Origin: Octopus vulgaris | Taxonomy: Eukaryota | NCBI GenBank assembly: GCA_951406725.2 | Contig: OX597824.1 | Location: 65,286,001-65,350,000 of the forward strand | Length of the DNA: 64,000 nt | Direction of reading: 5' to 3' | Shown here: in pieces, positions 13,574 through 26,844 of the stretch | Layout: each line of letters opens with the position of its first letter | How positions within the stretch are numbered: the first letter of the stretch is position 1 | Program-made: the position numbers and the translations under genes | The notes under the pieces: model-generated | Database searches by the model: none | What the model was told of the DNA's origin: nothing | The model's input: the letters and a program-made list of their open reading frames with translations, nothing else

Positions 13574-13574
<1 letters not shown>
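13310..13574. repeat. Long palindrome (about 128-bp arms, loop ctcaa at 13437-13441) with a one-sided tail at about 13240-13309, abutting a TA tract
   Basis: tgtctggggagagtcattctcttttagtgc... / ...gcactaaaagagaatgactcgccccagaca; ttttcattgcgtcttgtaacctctttaata / tattaaagaggttacaagacgcaatgaaaa. Confidence 0.95.
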
Positions 13575-14504
<930 letters not shown>

Positions 14505-14720
14505 TGGCACTTGTGCTGATGGGACTGGCTCCTGTGCAGGTGGCACGTAAAAAACACCATTTGAGCGTGGCTGTTGCCAGTACCGCCTGCACCCACTACA
14601 CTCTCAGAGTGGTTGGCGTTAGGAAGGGCATCCAGCTGTAGATACTCTGCCAAATCAGATTGGAGCCTGTTGCAGCCATCTGGTTCGCAAGTCCACAGTC
14701 AAATCGTCCAACCCATGAAT
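14505..14720 (+). mobile_element. Dispersed repeat (SINE body / RTE-like 3' tail: aggaagggcatccagctgtag...cgtccaacccatg)
   Basis: The same module occurs at 25720-25848 (ending in (GAT)n), 27985-28095, and inverted at 23170-23320 and 5080-5240. Confidence 0.75.
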
Positions 14721-14858
14721 TTCATGTTACAAAACATTGCTTACTTTTTCCACAGCCTGACATGTGCACAGACACACAAACACACACACATGCATGCATA
14801 TATATGTACATATTCACATAGATACATATACACTCATGCATATGCATACATATATAGG

Positions 14859-14906
<48 letters not shown>

Positions 14907-14996
14907 AACATATATAGACAGATACATACAGATAACACACACATGAATTGACTCATGCAAGCATAAAAAAGTGGATGTTAAAATGATGATGATGAT

Positions 14997-15260
14997 ATTT
15001 GAAAGGCTCTACAGAAGTAGGGAGAGCTTCTGTTAACCTAGGCAACCTGTAATCTGTAGTAGGAGAGTTTGTTCTAAAAGCATAGTAACCAGAATTTGTG
15101 TAAGCTGGGAAAAGTTCAGGAGGCTAATACCTCTGTTGACAACAAGTGAATTCTGTCTGCAAATGAAGGCTAGATTATTTGATGCTTGTGTACAAACTGC
15201 AATGCTACTTGGTAGTGAGGTGTGGGCATTGAATACAGAGGATGTGTGAAGGTTGAAAAA
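14997..15260 (+). mobile_element. RTE-clade LINE fragment (post-RT region)
   Basis: Translates to WGKFRRLIPLLTT...MKARLFDACVQTAMLLGSEVWALNTED, matching the RTE 'KGRLY.ACVRS.MLYGSETW' motif. Confidence 0.75.
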
Positions 15261-18009
15261 TGACTTTTTTCTTCAGGAAATGTATGGAAGCTTAGGTGCA
15301 ATTCTCTTTCTAGCAGTTTTGGGTATTTCAAAGGAGTAATTGACTATTGATATCTGATGATCACCGACACATGTAAATGTATATGTATAAGTGTATATCA
15401 TATCAAGTTTAGAAAGTAATATTCAAAATGAAGGAAATTGAAAGTTGTGCAGTTTATTTAATGGATGGTGTTAGTGAATTCTTTATTTTGGGACAAAATG
15501 TTCTACATATTTTTCATGACTATTGCTAAATGATATCGACTGAGGGCTGAAGCAGTTTCTGGGAAATAAGAATTGGTCAGTCAAGAAGAAACTGAAGAGT
15601 TACTTAGCTTCTGGTCAGCCCAGTTGAGGAACCATGACTATCCCATCTTTTCAGATATACTTTATCACTGACTACATTTTGCAATCTACTAAAGACAGTA
15701 GAGTGTGATGAGAGAGGTTTGGTTGCTATTTCTAGCAGGTTGAAAGCCCATATAGAAACCCTTCATATGTTGTTTGTATTGGTAGGGATAATCAGTTTTA
15801 TGGTTGTGTTCTGGGGTGTTGTAGATTAACTCAGCCAGTTGAGCATGATACACATGGTGGCAATAAATCAATAGAGAAAAAAATTTAGAGTCAGAACCAT
15901 AATCATATATGTTGGCTGAATAATAGTGAAGAAATCTAATTTAGTCTTTGATGCCATATTTTCCCTTTTTGCCTTTTAGCATCAGTTTCATTTGTGATTA
16001 TGATATAGTCAAAGCTGGCTACATTTGAGTAAAGGTTTAAGGTTATTTCTATGTCCCATTGTTGCCAGAGTAGTAAAACTGCAGCTAGTTCATTTTAGCC
16101 ATTGATAATTTGCCAACCTTGACTGATATTTTGTTTTGTTAATACAATTATTATAATGATTATTTCTCATGAGACTTGGTCCTGTTTCTTCAGTTGCTAT
16201 TTCTCATTTCTTCTTTATGAGAACCTCTTAAAGAAAGAGAAAAAAAAGAAAGTCTTTTTTTTTATATATATTTTGTGAATTGTATTTGTTCGATGATATA
16301 TATTTGCTGCTTCTTTTTTTCTTGGGTCAACAGGATGAACGCTGATAACATTATAGGAAATTAAATCATGGAATATTGATTAAGTATCATTTTTAGATAC
16401 ATCTCACATTTACTAGACTAATTATTATGTATGATGGTTGGATATCTGTGTGACCTAAGTGATAAAGTAAAGTTGGAGAAAAGAAAAAAAAAAAATGAAA
16501 AATGTTCAATGAAAGCATGGTAATCTAATGTAAACTTTCTAACATTATCAATTCACATTCTGCCCCCAGAATTGTGATATTTAATTATGGAAGAGTTTAT
16601 TATTACTCTATTTGGCTTCAGCAATCTTATTGAGAATAAAAAGTATTTCTACATAACAGATGTATAGTTGACTGTAAAAATAACATCAACAATTTTTTCA
16701 AATATCAAAAAATTTAAAGACTGATTTCAATGGCTCTTGTAATATGACAAGAATTGTAAGACCATTTAAAAATCTTTTGAATATTTAGCTTGAATGTATT
16801 TTGTTCAGCTCTAGGTCAGCCATGATTGAATAGACAAACGTATTCCAATCATGTCCATCTCATCTTTTCAGATAAAGTTTAACTTTGACTAGGATTGTCA
16901 GGATAAAACATTAGAGTTAACGACTGTCAAACTTGGTGCACAAGAATATCGGACATTTCATTCTTAATGACCTGATAAAAATAAAGAGAAAATTGCATAA
17001 TCTAAGAGGAATGTTGCATTATTTAAAATCCTTGAGGTATCAGCAATTACATTGAAATATCATTTTCTTAAAATCTTCCACAAATCTACATCATATTTAT
17101 TATGTCTAGGATTGTGGATGTGAAATATTTTATCTTTCAAATGTTTCATTATGTGGTGCACCCTTGAGAGTCATAAACTTCCTGGCTTTATCTGTTTTCA
17201 GATGTTACACCTCCACCTGATAAAACAATTCAACACACCCATTATCTTTTGATGTATTATACAAAGAAATCTACCTGATTTTAATAACTATTCAACTTCT
17301 TTCAGAATTTTATTTCACTCACAGATGGGGTTGTTCCACCATTTTTTATTTTGCATTCCATTTTTTCCCTGTAGGCTCTTTGCAACATTTTATATTTTTG
17401 CTGTATCCTTACTCATCTTTATCACTTTACTTTCTTATCTACATCTCTCATCTCTTTCACTTTTATTCAATTTCAGTTCATCTTTTTCTTAGCACTTTTC
17501 GTTTTATTCCAAACATATCATCCCATTTGCTTCCAAAGAAACTTCAACTACTCTGTTGGCACATTATTTTAACATATTTCATTTCATTCAAGTAGATTTT
17601 ATCTCAAAATTTCTGATTATTATTTCATGTCATCTCTTTTTACTCTCATCTTAAATTTCCTTTCACCTTTACATCTTACCTTTAATTCATCAATTTTTCT
17701 TATCAGTTTTGAATTGACCTGACCTCAAATACATTTTTTCTAGTTGTTTTTTCCCAGACTCATGTTAGAAGTTCTCTCATTAGTAAATTTTCTGAAAACT
17801 CAGATTTCAGTCCTTGCAGTGTTAACTTAGTGTTAACTAAGTTATCTTCCATTTCAGCCTTGTTATAATTTGTAAATATATTGAATTGCTTTGAAGTTTC
17901 CAGGATATAACCAACCACAACTGTTGCTACTACTACCACTGTCACCGCCACTTCAGGGATCAGCAAAATAGTTACATAATTTCTGTTCTCTCTCTCTCTC
18001 TCTCTCTCT

Positions 18010-18047
<38 letters not shown>

Positions 18048-18706
18048 TGCATGCATATATATATGACTGAGAGAGTGAGAAGCTGTTTGCATGGATGAAA
18101 GCAGTACAATATGCCAGATAAATATATGCTCACCTTAACTTTTAGTTACAAGTAAAACATATTTCTGGTTGCAAGTAAATTGACATGTACAGATAACAGA
18201 AAGCACATCTACTGGCTGGTTGTATTCTAATAATCTTTATCTTAATCATAAATACTAATTAATATTATCTTTATAAATGAACTTTTGAAAACATTTAGGT
18301 CCCTTAGAATTAGTGTTTCAACTCTTAACCTGAAATTCTGAAATAATGGATTATTGTTAACACCTGGGATTCTATCACTACTTAAAAATACTTAAACAAA
18401 TGAAAAAACAAAACAAAAAAAAAAACACCCTAACTCCAATACCTTCTTAATGAGTAATTTTAGAAAACTCTAAAGGATTAGTTTTGTGTTAGAATTATCA
18501 TATTAAAGAGATACCATTACTTGCAGCTCTAAAGGATTAAAGAGGAAGGCCCAGTTGCCAAGGGATTTATGATATATTATCTCTAATCCAGTGCAAAGGT
18601 ATTTTAGAAAATGTGCATGGATTGAAAGTGATGTAGGGTATTAAAGTTCAACATGATTGATAGACTTTGATTTCCATGATTGGTTAGAAAAAAAAAATCA
18701 GAGTTA

Positions 18707-19088
18707 GGTGCAGGCACAGGTGTGTGATAAGAAGTTTGCTTCCCAACCACATGGTTCTGGTTCAGTACCACTGCATGGTACCTTGATCAAGTGTCTTCTA
18801 TAATAGTCTTGAGCTGACCAAAGCCTTGTGAGTGGATTCGATAGACGGAAATTGAAAGAAGCTTGCCTTGTGTGTGTGTGTTGTGTTGTGTTTGTCCTGT
18901 ATCACTGCTTAACAACCAGTGTTGGTTTATTAATGTCCCTGGTTTATGGTTTGGTAAAAGAGACTGATAGAGTAAAAACGAAACTTTAGAAAAAACCTAC
19001 TGGAGTCAATTCATTTGACTAAAACCCTTAAAGGTTGTACCTCCAGCATGGTCGTAGTCCAGTGACTGAAACAAATAAAAAAATAAAG
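18707..19088 (+). mobile_element. SINE family A copy
   Basis: Full head-body-tail, collinear with the other copies. Confidence 0.85.
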
Positions 19089-19715
19089 GGTAGAAACATA
19101 AGTTAGGCTTTGAAAAATTATTAATAATGCCACCTTTTGAAGTATTGTATTTGTATTCTTCTGGCATCTTATTTAGCTATGAATATGACCATCTCTCCAA
19201 TCCATGTTTTAAAGTTAAAGGATATTTGCTAGTCATGTTGTTGCTTATAGTACATTCTAGTCATGTCTAGTTCATTTGGGTCTAATATCTTCTGCAGTTT
19301 ATTTAGTTTCAAAAGCTGCATTCCCAATAAGGTTGATCCGACCTATCTATGCCTTCTTACTCTCTCTGACACTTGCACATTCACACACCGTATACATATA
19401 CATACATATATATGTACACTTATATATGGCTGCATAAAATCCATAACCCTGAGTCTAACAAAAAATATTCTGTTGGACACCTCCCCCCCTGCACATGCAT
19501 GCACGTGCGCATGCCTAATTGTGTTTAATGCAAGAAATTTAACACAAAACAGTAGGCTCAAAATTGGCAAGTAACAGTCTATTCAAGTGTAAAAGAAAGA
19601 TAAGAGGATAAAATGATAAAATATATTATTGATTTTTAGGTACAAAATCTGCAATGGGTTATATTATAATCGAGATAGCATTGTATTTGAACAAATGCTG
19701 TGTGAGTGTGTGTGT

Positions 19716-19789
<74 letters not shown>

Positions 19790-19791
<2 letters not shown>

Positions 19792-20325
19792 GTGCAAACA
19801 TAAGTTGGGTGGAAAGAAGTTTGCTTCCCAACCATCTGGTTTTGGGTTCAGTCTCACTGTGTAGCACTTTTGGCAAGTGTCTTCTACTATAGCTTTGGGC
19901 TGACCAAAGCCTTGTAAGTGAATTTGGTACTTAGAAACTGAAAGAAACTGTGTGTGTGTGTGTGTGTGTGTGCGTGCATGTTTATATATATGCTTATATA
20001 TATATGCTTATATGTATTCTTATATATATATATATATATACACATGCATATGTGTATGTATATATATATGAATGTGTATGTGCATGTGTGTTACTATCTC
20101 CTTGTGTTGACATATGGTAATTGTAAATGAGTGCTACCTTCATGCAAGCGATGTCCTTTATTTCCAGTCTTGCTTGAAAATATGTCAGATTTTGAAGAAA
20201 TTTTACCTCACTTGGAAACAGGTGAGGGTTGGTCACAGGAAAGGCATCCGGCCATAGGCAATTCACCGCAACTGGCTCTGTTGAACCCACGGAAATGTGA
20301 ATATCAAAACAATGATGCTGATGAC
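19790..20325 (+). mobile_element. SINE with family A head and alternative 3' module (ggaaacaggtgagggttgg...aggaaaggcatccggcc)
   Basis: The same chimeric layout occurs at 41705-42100 (+), 44790-45220 (-), 56955-57297 (-) and 58420-58880 (-). Confidence 0.7.
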
Positions 20326-21104
20326 ACACGCATGCATATGCACGTGCATGCGCACACACACACACACACACATTAGGCATGATTGTTTGATTTAAACATT
20401 TGCTTTCCAACACACAGTTTTGAATTCAGTCCCGCTGTGTGGCTTTTTAGGTAAGTGTCTTCTACTATAGTTCTGGGCCAACCAAAGCCTTGCGAGCAGA
20501 TTTAATAGACTGAAATTAAAAGAAGCCTGTTGTATATGTATATATTTGTTTGTATATAAATCTGTTTCTGTCATCTTATCTTTACTTATGCTTGCATAGA
20601 TAAAGATGATGATGATAATGATGATAATTACCGGGTTAATTATTCAAAATTAATTTAGATTGACATTTATTATGTAATTAAGACTTAGCAAACAATCAGT
20701 TACAATTATCACAGCATTCCATTTGTCTTTTTCTTTCCCCTATAAAAGAATTTGCTATCAGCTTTATTTTAATTGCTCAACCTATTAAACTCAACAATAA
20801 TAATTGTTTACGAGTGTGGATTGTTGTGAGTAAATTGTTTTATATCCTTTAATTCTGAAAATGAACTTAGAATTTTTAGTTTCAGCAAATGACAAGATGA
20901 TAACATCTTTCTTTACTCTTTCCTCTCACAACATACAATCTTCTAATTACACATATATCTTCTCAGTATCTGTAGCTAATTATTGAAGGTTAATCTAATT
21001 GATTAAAGGATTAATACTTTATTAATACATTATTGTCTACATTTCAATATACATTTTGACCTGCTTTTATTTTTACACTTGCTGTACCTGTACATTAGAG
21101 TTAA

Positions 21105-21315
21105 CTCTTGAGAGTTTAAACTGGTCATATACAACCTGTTTTATGTTCATTCAAACTTGCTAGATCTGGCTTCTCACACCTACCCTACAATGTCATTCTA
21201 AAAATAAACAATTATATCTTCAGAATCTTGAAGCCATGAGATAATGCATGATTGATTCAAAACAATGTGAATAAATAAATGTAACATTTAATAGAATATT
21301 CTGAATGCTAATGGG
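21105..21315. mobile_element. piggyBac-type MITE (TTAA TSD)
   Basis: TTAA|ctcttgag...ctgaatgctaatggg|TTAA; homologous to 44455-44670. Confidence 0.75.
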
Positions 21316-21369
21316 TTAAAGTTAATTTTTCATAGTGTATCAAATTTGTTATTCTGCTAGTAAAGATTC

Positions 21370-21472
21370 AATTTAAGGTTGAATACCTTTAAATTAGAAA
21401 TAAATTTAAGGTTGAATTACCTTTAAAGTAGAAATAAATTTGAGGTTGAATACCTTTAAAGAAGAAATAAAT
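21370..21472. repeat. Three-copy tandem repeat of about 33 bp
   Basis: (aatttaaggttgaatacctttaaa(t/g)tagaaata) x3; each unit is internally hairpin-like (tttaaggt...acctttaaa). Confidence 0.9.
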
Positions 21473-21667
21473 GCCTATAAATCATTTATTTCTTGCCATT
21501 TTTAATAATTCACTTTGTAACTACTTTGAGTTTCTTTCTTTGTATCTTGTATCTGTTCATTCATATTCATTTACCTGAAAAAATGTATGTAAGTGAGAAA
21601 TTTGGAGCAGTGACAGTGAATTAAATTAGGTTTGTGTATGTGTCTGTGAGTTTGTGTGTTTATGCTT

Positions 21668-21984
21668 GGTGAAGGCATGTAGCTTAGCAGTTAGAGTATT
21701 TGGCTCAATATTGTATGGTTAGGTCATGAGTTCAGTACCTGGCAGGGCATTGAGTCCTTGAGCAAGACTCTTTATTTCACGTTGCTCCAGTCTACTCAGC
21801 TGGCGAAAATGAGGAGTACCTGTATTTCAAAGGGCTAGCTTTGTTGCATCATGCTGAATCTACCTTAAGGGTATGCATGTCTTTGGAGAGCTCAGCCACT
21901 TACATGTTAATTTCATGAGCAGGCTGTTTGTTCTGTTGATCAAATCAATTGGAACCCTCATTGCCATAACCGACAGAGTGCCAA
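21668..21984 (+). mobile_element. tRNA-derived SINE family B
   Basis: tRNA-like head (tagcttagcagttagag...gagttcagtacc); tgtatttcaaaggg...gctcagccac...ggaaccctc...acagagtgccaa is shared with 34171-34555. Confidence 0.75.
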
Positions 21985-22840
21985 TTTCATGTTTATGCTT
22001 ACAAATGAAAGAAAACATAGTCAATATTTGATGTATTGGTTATATTTATTGGGAACCAATTAACAATTCACTCCATTACTTTAAAGAGTTTTATGCACGA
22101 ATAAGTGTAGTATGTTTGTGTGTGTGTGCGTGCATGCATGCGTGTAATTTTTACACATTCTGTATTATTTTACATATTAATTTCATGTTTAAAAATACCA
22201 CATTCTCTTTTCTGTCTCTCCACCCCAGCATTACTATCTTGCTATATTCTTTTCTCCTCTTCACTACTTTATATTTTCAGATCACTTCATTCTTTTTTGT
22301 TTTTTGTACTGTCGCTTCTGTTTTTTTTTAAAAAAAATGTATAATAAAGATAAAAACAATTTTATAGGTTATTTTTTGTTCAGTTTTATATAAATATTCG
22401 TGTCATGTACTTTCCTATGAATGCCAAATAGTCACCTCTACACAATGAAAAAAAAATAACCCTAGTGAAATATTAGACATTTCACATGCCTTGCTGAGTG
22501 TGTGTAGGCATTTATAGCTTTGTGTGTATGTCTGCAAGTGCATTTGATTGTGTGTGTGTGTGTTTCTATTTGCAATTTTGATTGTGTGGTGGTAAATGTG
22601 TGAAATTTTTTTTAAACCAAAATTTTGCATTTGCATTTATACTTTTGATTATGTGACATTTTTTGTGAATTTTAGCTTTAGATTGTGTCTCTGTGTATAA
22701 ATATGTGTGTATGTATATGTGTGTTTCTGAGTTTGTATTTATGCTTTTGATTTTGTGATTTATGTGGAAGTGTATGAGAATTTCTGTTTTAGGATATGTT
22801 TTTGTGTATTTATATAAATTTGTTTTTGATCAAGACTGGA

Positions 22841-22884
<44 letters not shown>

Positions 22885-23409
22885 TGTACACACACATACA
22901 CACACATACATGCATATATAGTTCATGAGAAGAAGCGTGATAAATTGTCACCCTCATACTAGCAGTGTAGTTCATTTCTAATTGCCTGAAAAATTTCTGG
23001 CCTTGAGGAAATATTACCTTGCTTGAAAACAGGTAAAGGTTGGTGCTGAGGGGCATCCAGCCATAGCATGTCTGCCTTATTGGATTCTGTCTGGTCCATG
23101 CTGACATGGTAAATTGAATGTTAAAATGATGATAGTATTGATGAATTACACACACACACCATCCTCATTTCAACCATTATCATCCTCCTCTAACGTCCAT
23201 TTACCATACTGGCATGGGTTGGACAGTTTGACCAGAGCTGGGAAGCTGCACCAAGTTTCAATCTGATTTGGTTTAATTTCTACAGCTGGATGCCTTTCCA
23301 AACATCAACCACTTTGCAGTGTATGCTGGATGCTTTTAAAATGCCACTAGCACAAGTGCTGTTATTTGGCACTAGCATGAGTGCTTAATATGTGGCACTG
23401 GCACAGGAC

Positions 23410-23557
23410 TCTTGCAGGCCAATCATCTTTACCAGGGAATGCAGCCATAACACCTCAACACTTCTGTTGTAGAGGATTGGTCTTCTTGAGTACCAGCATG
23501 CATGCATGCATGCATGCATCCATCCATCCATCCATCCATCCATCCATCCATCCATCC

Positions 23558-23602
<45 letters not shown>

Positions 23603-25190
23603 CCTTCAATTCCTGATTTTACTTCCATGTCTAGAATTTCAGCTTCAATTCTTCTATGGACTCTTGTATAAGACCTAAGTTGTCAGCTCAGAAGACTTCC
23701 CAAGGTCAGCCAGCTTGAAATTCTGTTATAGCTTGAGTGTAGTAATTAATATGAGTGAACTGAAAACTGTATGTTGATGTATCCTTACCTGCTCATCAAA
23801 TTCATCACTGAACACATTGCTGAATCTCACCTTGCTTGTTACCTCTTCATATACAGCTTGTACAGTCCTCACAAGCCATTCATTTCTCTTAGTTTCCTTA
23901 GTGACCACCAAATCACAGTGTGAGGGACTATGTCAAAGGTCTTTTTACATGTGATGAACTGTAAGTATGGGGGCTTATTCCTTACCATGTAAGGGATAAA
24001 CCCCCACAGGAAATATAGTATCACTGGTGTTCCTTCCAAAAACAAAGCTGAATTGCATCTCATTGAGACAAAGCCTGTCCCTAATGTTTTCCAAGTTACA
24101 GTAAGTTACTCTTTCTGTAACTTTCATGACCTGGTCCAACAGTTTGATGCCTCTGTAGTTTCTTCCCACTAGTGCATCTCTGTTTCCCATTGTAGCAACT
24201 TATGATGATACTGTGGTTATCAGTCATTGGGTATGACGACCTTCATTTTATTATTTGAGTTACTCTTTGAATGACTATTCTGTTCTCTACTACACCAGAT
24301 GTTTTAAACATCTAAGTGACTATACTTGACAGCCCAGCTGCTGTCCCAACTTTCATATCCCTTATTGATTTATTTTCTGTACTACTGTCAATTCACATGG
24401 CTGGTCCCTAGTCCCTTAGTTGGGTGTACACATTCAGCAGCCTTTTCATAGTAGCACTTCCATGCCTGTTTCTTATCAGCATCACTGAGATCAAGTGTGC
24501 TGTTATGATTCTAAGTACACTCTCTCCAACAATATCTCGATTTTTTCTAGTGCACTGCCTAGCAATGTGAAGCTCGCCATGCCTCTGATCTTCATGTCAC
24601 AAAACATGTGCAATCTTTGTTCTTTTCTGCCTTTCGCCTTGCTATGAATACCTCATGTTGGTCTTCTGTTTCAGCTATGTGGTATTTTCTCTACTGCCTC
24701 TCTCTTCCAATCTTTCCAAACCTTTCTTTTGTCATTATGGCTCTGTCTAAAACAGCGTTTCACCACCTACATATCACCTTGCGCTGAATGAGTATCTTTC
24801 ACCAGCCATAAGTCTGTTTAGTAGTATCTAGCAGATTGTTCCATAAAAACTAATAGATATTTTCCCTATTTATAAGCTTCTGTCTCTCACTCTCTGCTGT
24901 CATAGGTGTCAGTAAATCAATGAAGAACTCTTTTAACTTCCAAATATTCCTCTTTCAGTTTGTCTTCAGTCTCTGAGACAGAATAGCCCTTATTTGAAGT
25001 CATCAACTACTCATCTGCACCTGGGAAGGACTTAGCATTTACAGTCATATGCTTATCCTGCTTTCTGATGAGAATAAAATCTATCTGATTTGTGTGTTTA
25101 CCTGAAATTCACATTGCTGATTGTGAGATCATTTGCATAACAGAACTCCAGAAGTTTTGATCCCTCCTTATTTCTCATACTGAGTCCTGT
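23410..25190 (-). mobile_element. RTE-clade LINE relic (endonuclease end plus reverse transcriptase, heavily degenerate)
   Basis: Fragments [84 protein letters not shown] and EWLVRTVQAVYE...VRIHQHTVFSSLILI are RTE EN/RT motifs. Confidence 0.9.
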
Positions 25191-25437
25191 ATAATATATA
25201 TGTATATGTGTGTATGTGTATACATGTATATGTGTATATATATATGTGTATAAATGTGTGTATATATAGATATATGTATATTTGTATATATATGTGTGTG
25301 TATGCATAGAAATATATGTATATATGTATATATGTATATATGAGTGTGTGTATATATAAATATATGTATATATATATTTGTGCATATATGGATATATATG
25401 TGTATGTATGTATATATATATCTGTATGTATGCGTGT

Positions 25438-25470
<33 letters not shown>

Positions 25471-26061
25471 ATCTCAAAAAGCAAAGAAAACACACACGAC
25501 AATAACAATAATGCAAGGGCATGGTATATGTAAAATATTAAAAGGCACTTTCACATTTTGAGCAAAGCACTTCTTCAGAAACAGGAGACAGAGGAAAAAA
25601 ATTGCCAACAATTTGCATGTAGTTACATTTTGAAATGTATGTGTGTGTGTGTATATATATATATATGTATATGTATGTGTATATATGTGTGTGTGTGTAT
25701 ATATATATATGTCTGTAACTGTAGAAACTCTGCCAGATCAAGATTGGAAGCCTGGTGCAGCCATCTGGTTTGCCAGCCCTCAGTCAAAATCGTCCAACCC
25801 ATGCTAGCATGGAAAGCGGACGTTAAACGATGATGATGATGATGATGATATATGTATATATGTATTTGTATGTGTATATATATATATATATATATATGTG
25901 GGTGTGTGTATATATATATATATGTGTGTGTGTGTGTATGTATTTATATGTGTGTGTATATATATGTGTGTATATGTGCGTGTATATATAAATGCGTGTA
26001 TATATGTGTGTTTATATATGTGTGTGTATATATGTGTGTGTGTGTATGTTGTGTGTATACA

Positions 26062-26258
26062 CAGGGTTGTCCAAAATTCCATAAGTGCTATCTGTAATTC
26101 TGTATTGACTTGAATGGAAAAATGTGTCACTGAAGAAAAACTTTTCATGATGTTTCATATCTATATGCTTTTATTAAATTCATTCAGTTGTTAAGCATAA
26201 ATAAATCTTGGAATAAAATGGTTTTGATTTAGTATCAGGTGACTTTTGGCCAACCCTG
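26062..26258. mobile_element. Tc1/mariner-type MITE (same family as 9036-9268)
   Basis: CAGGGTTGTCCAAAA ... AGGTGACTTTTGGCCAACCCTG|TA; the interior is the reverse complement of the 9036 copy. Confidence 0.85.
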
Positions 26259-26267
26259 TATGTGTGT

Positions 26268-26336
<69 letters not shown>

Positions 26337-26663
26337 GATGGTGATTATGACACATGCACATATATCTATAAGAAAATACAGATAATGAGAATATACATTT
26401 TTAGTTTATGTATAGTTGGAAATAGATATGGGTGTTTACATTTCTGTTTTTCAAAGCTAGTATATAGATGTATATGTATGTTTATTTTATATCTAATGTA
26501 TGTTGTGTATGTATGTACTGAGTTATATAAGTTATTTTTTCTCTTTAATTATATGCATGTTTTGTATATAAGTCTAATGTATACTACTTGTGTGTGCGTG
26601 AATGACTTTATATGATTACATGTGTTTTGCATCATGTGTTAGATGTGTATGTATGTGTGTATG

Positions 26664-26713
<50 letters not shown>

Positions 26714-26791
26714 TACATACCCCAAAATCGAAACAAGAACGCAACAGTCACCCATGGCCTTTTCTCCTCAGTCAAGTTTCCAGGCCAGCCC

Positions 26792-26844
<53 letters not shown>

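Noticed and set aside
17758-17975. Possible coding exon after ttttttcccag
   Set aside because: The frames close quickly, no donor site is evident and the peptide has no recognisable homology.
21370-21472. Possible CRISPR-like array
   Set aside because: Units are contiguous with no unique spacers, there are no cas genes, and the context is eukaryotic.
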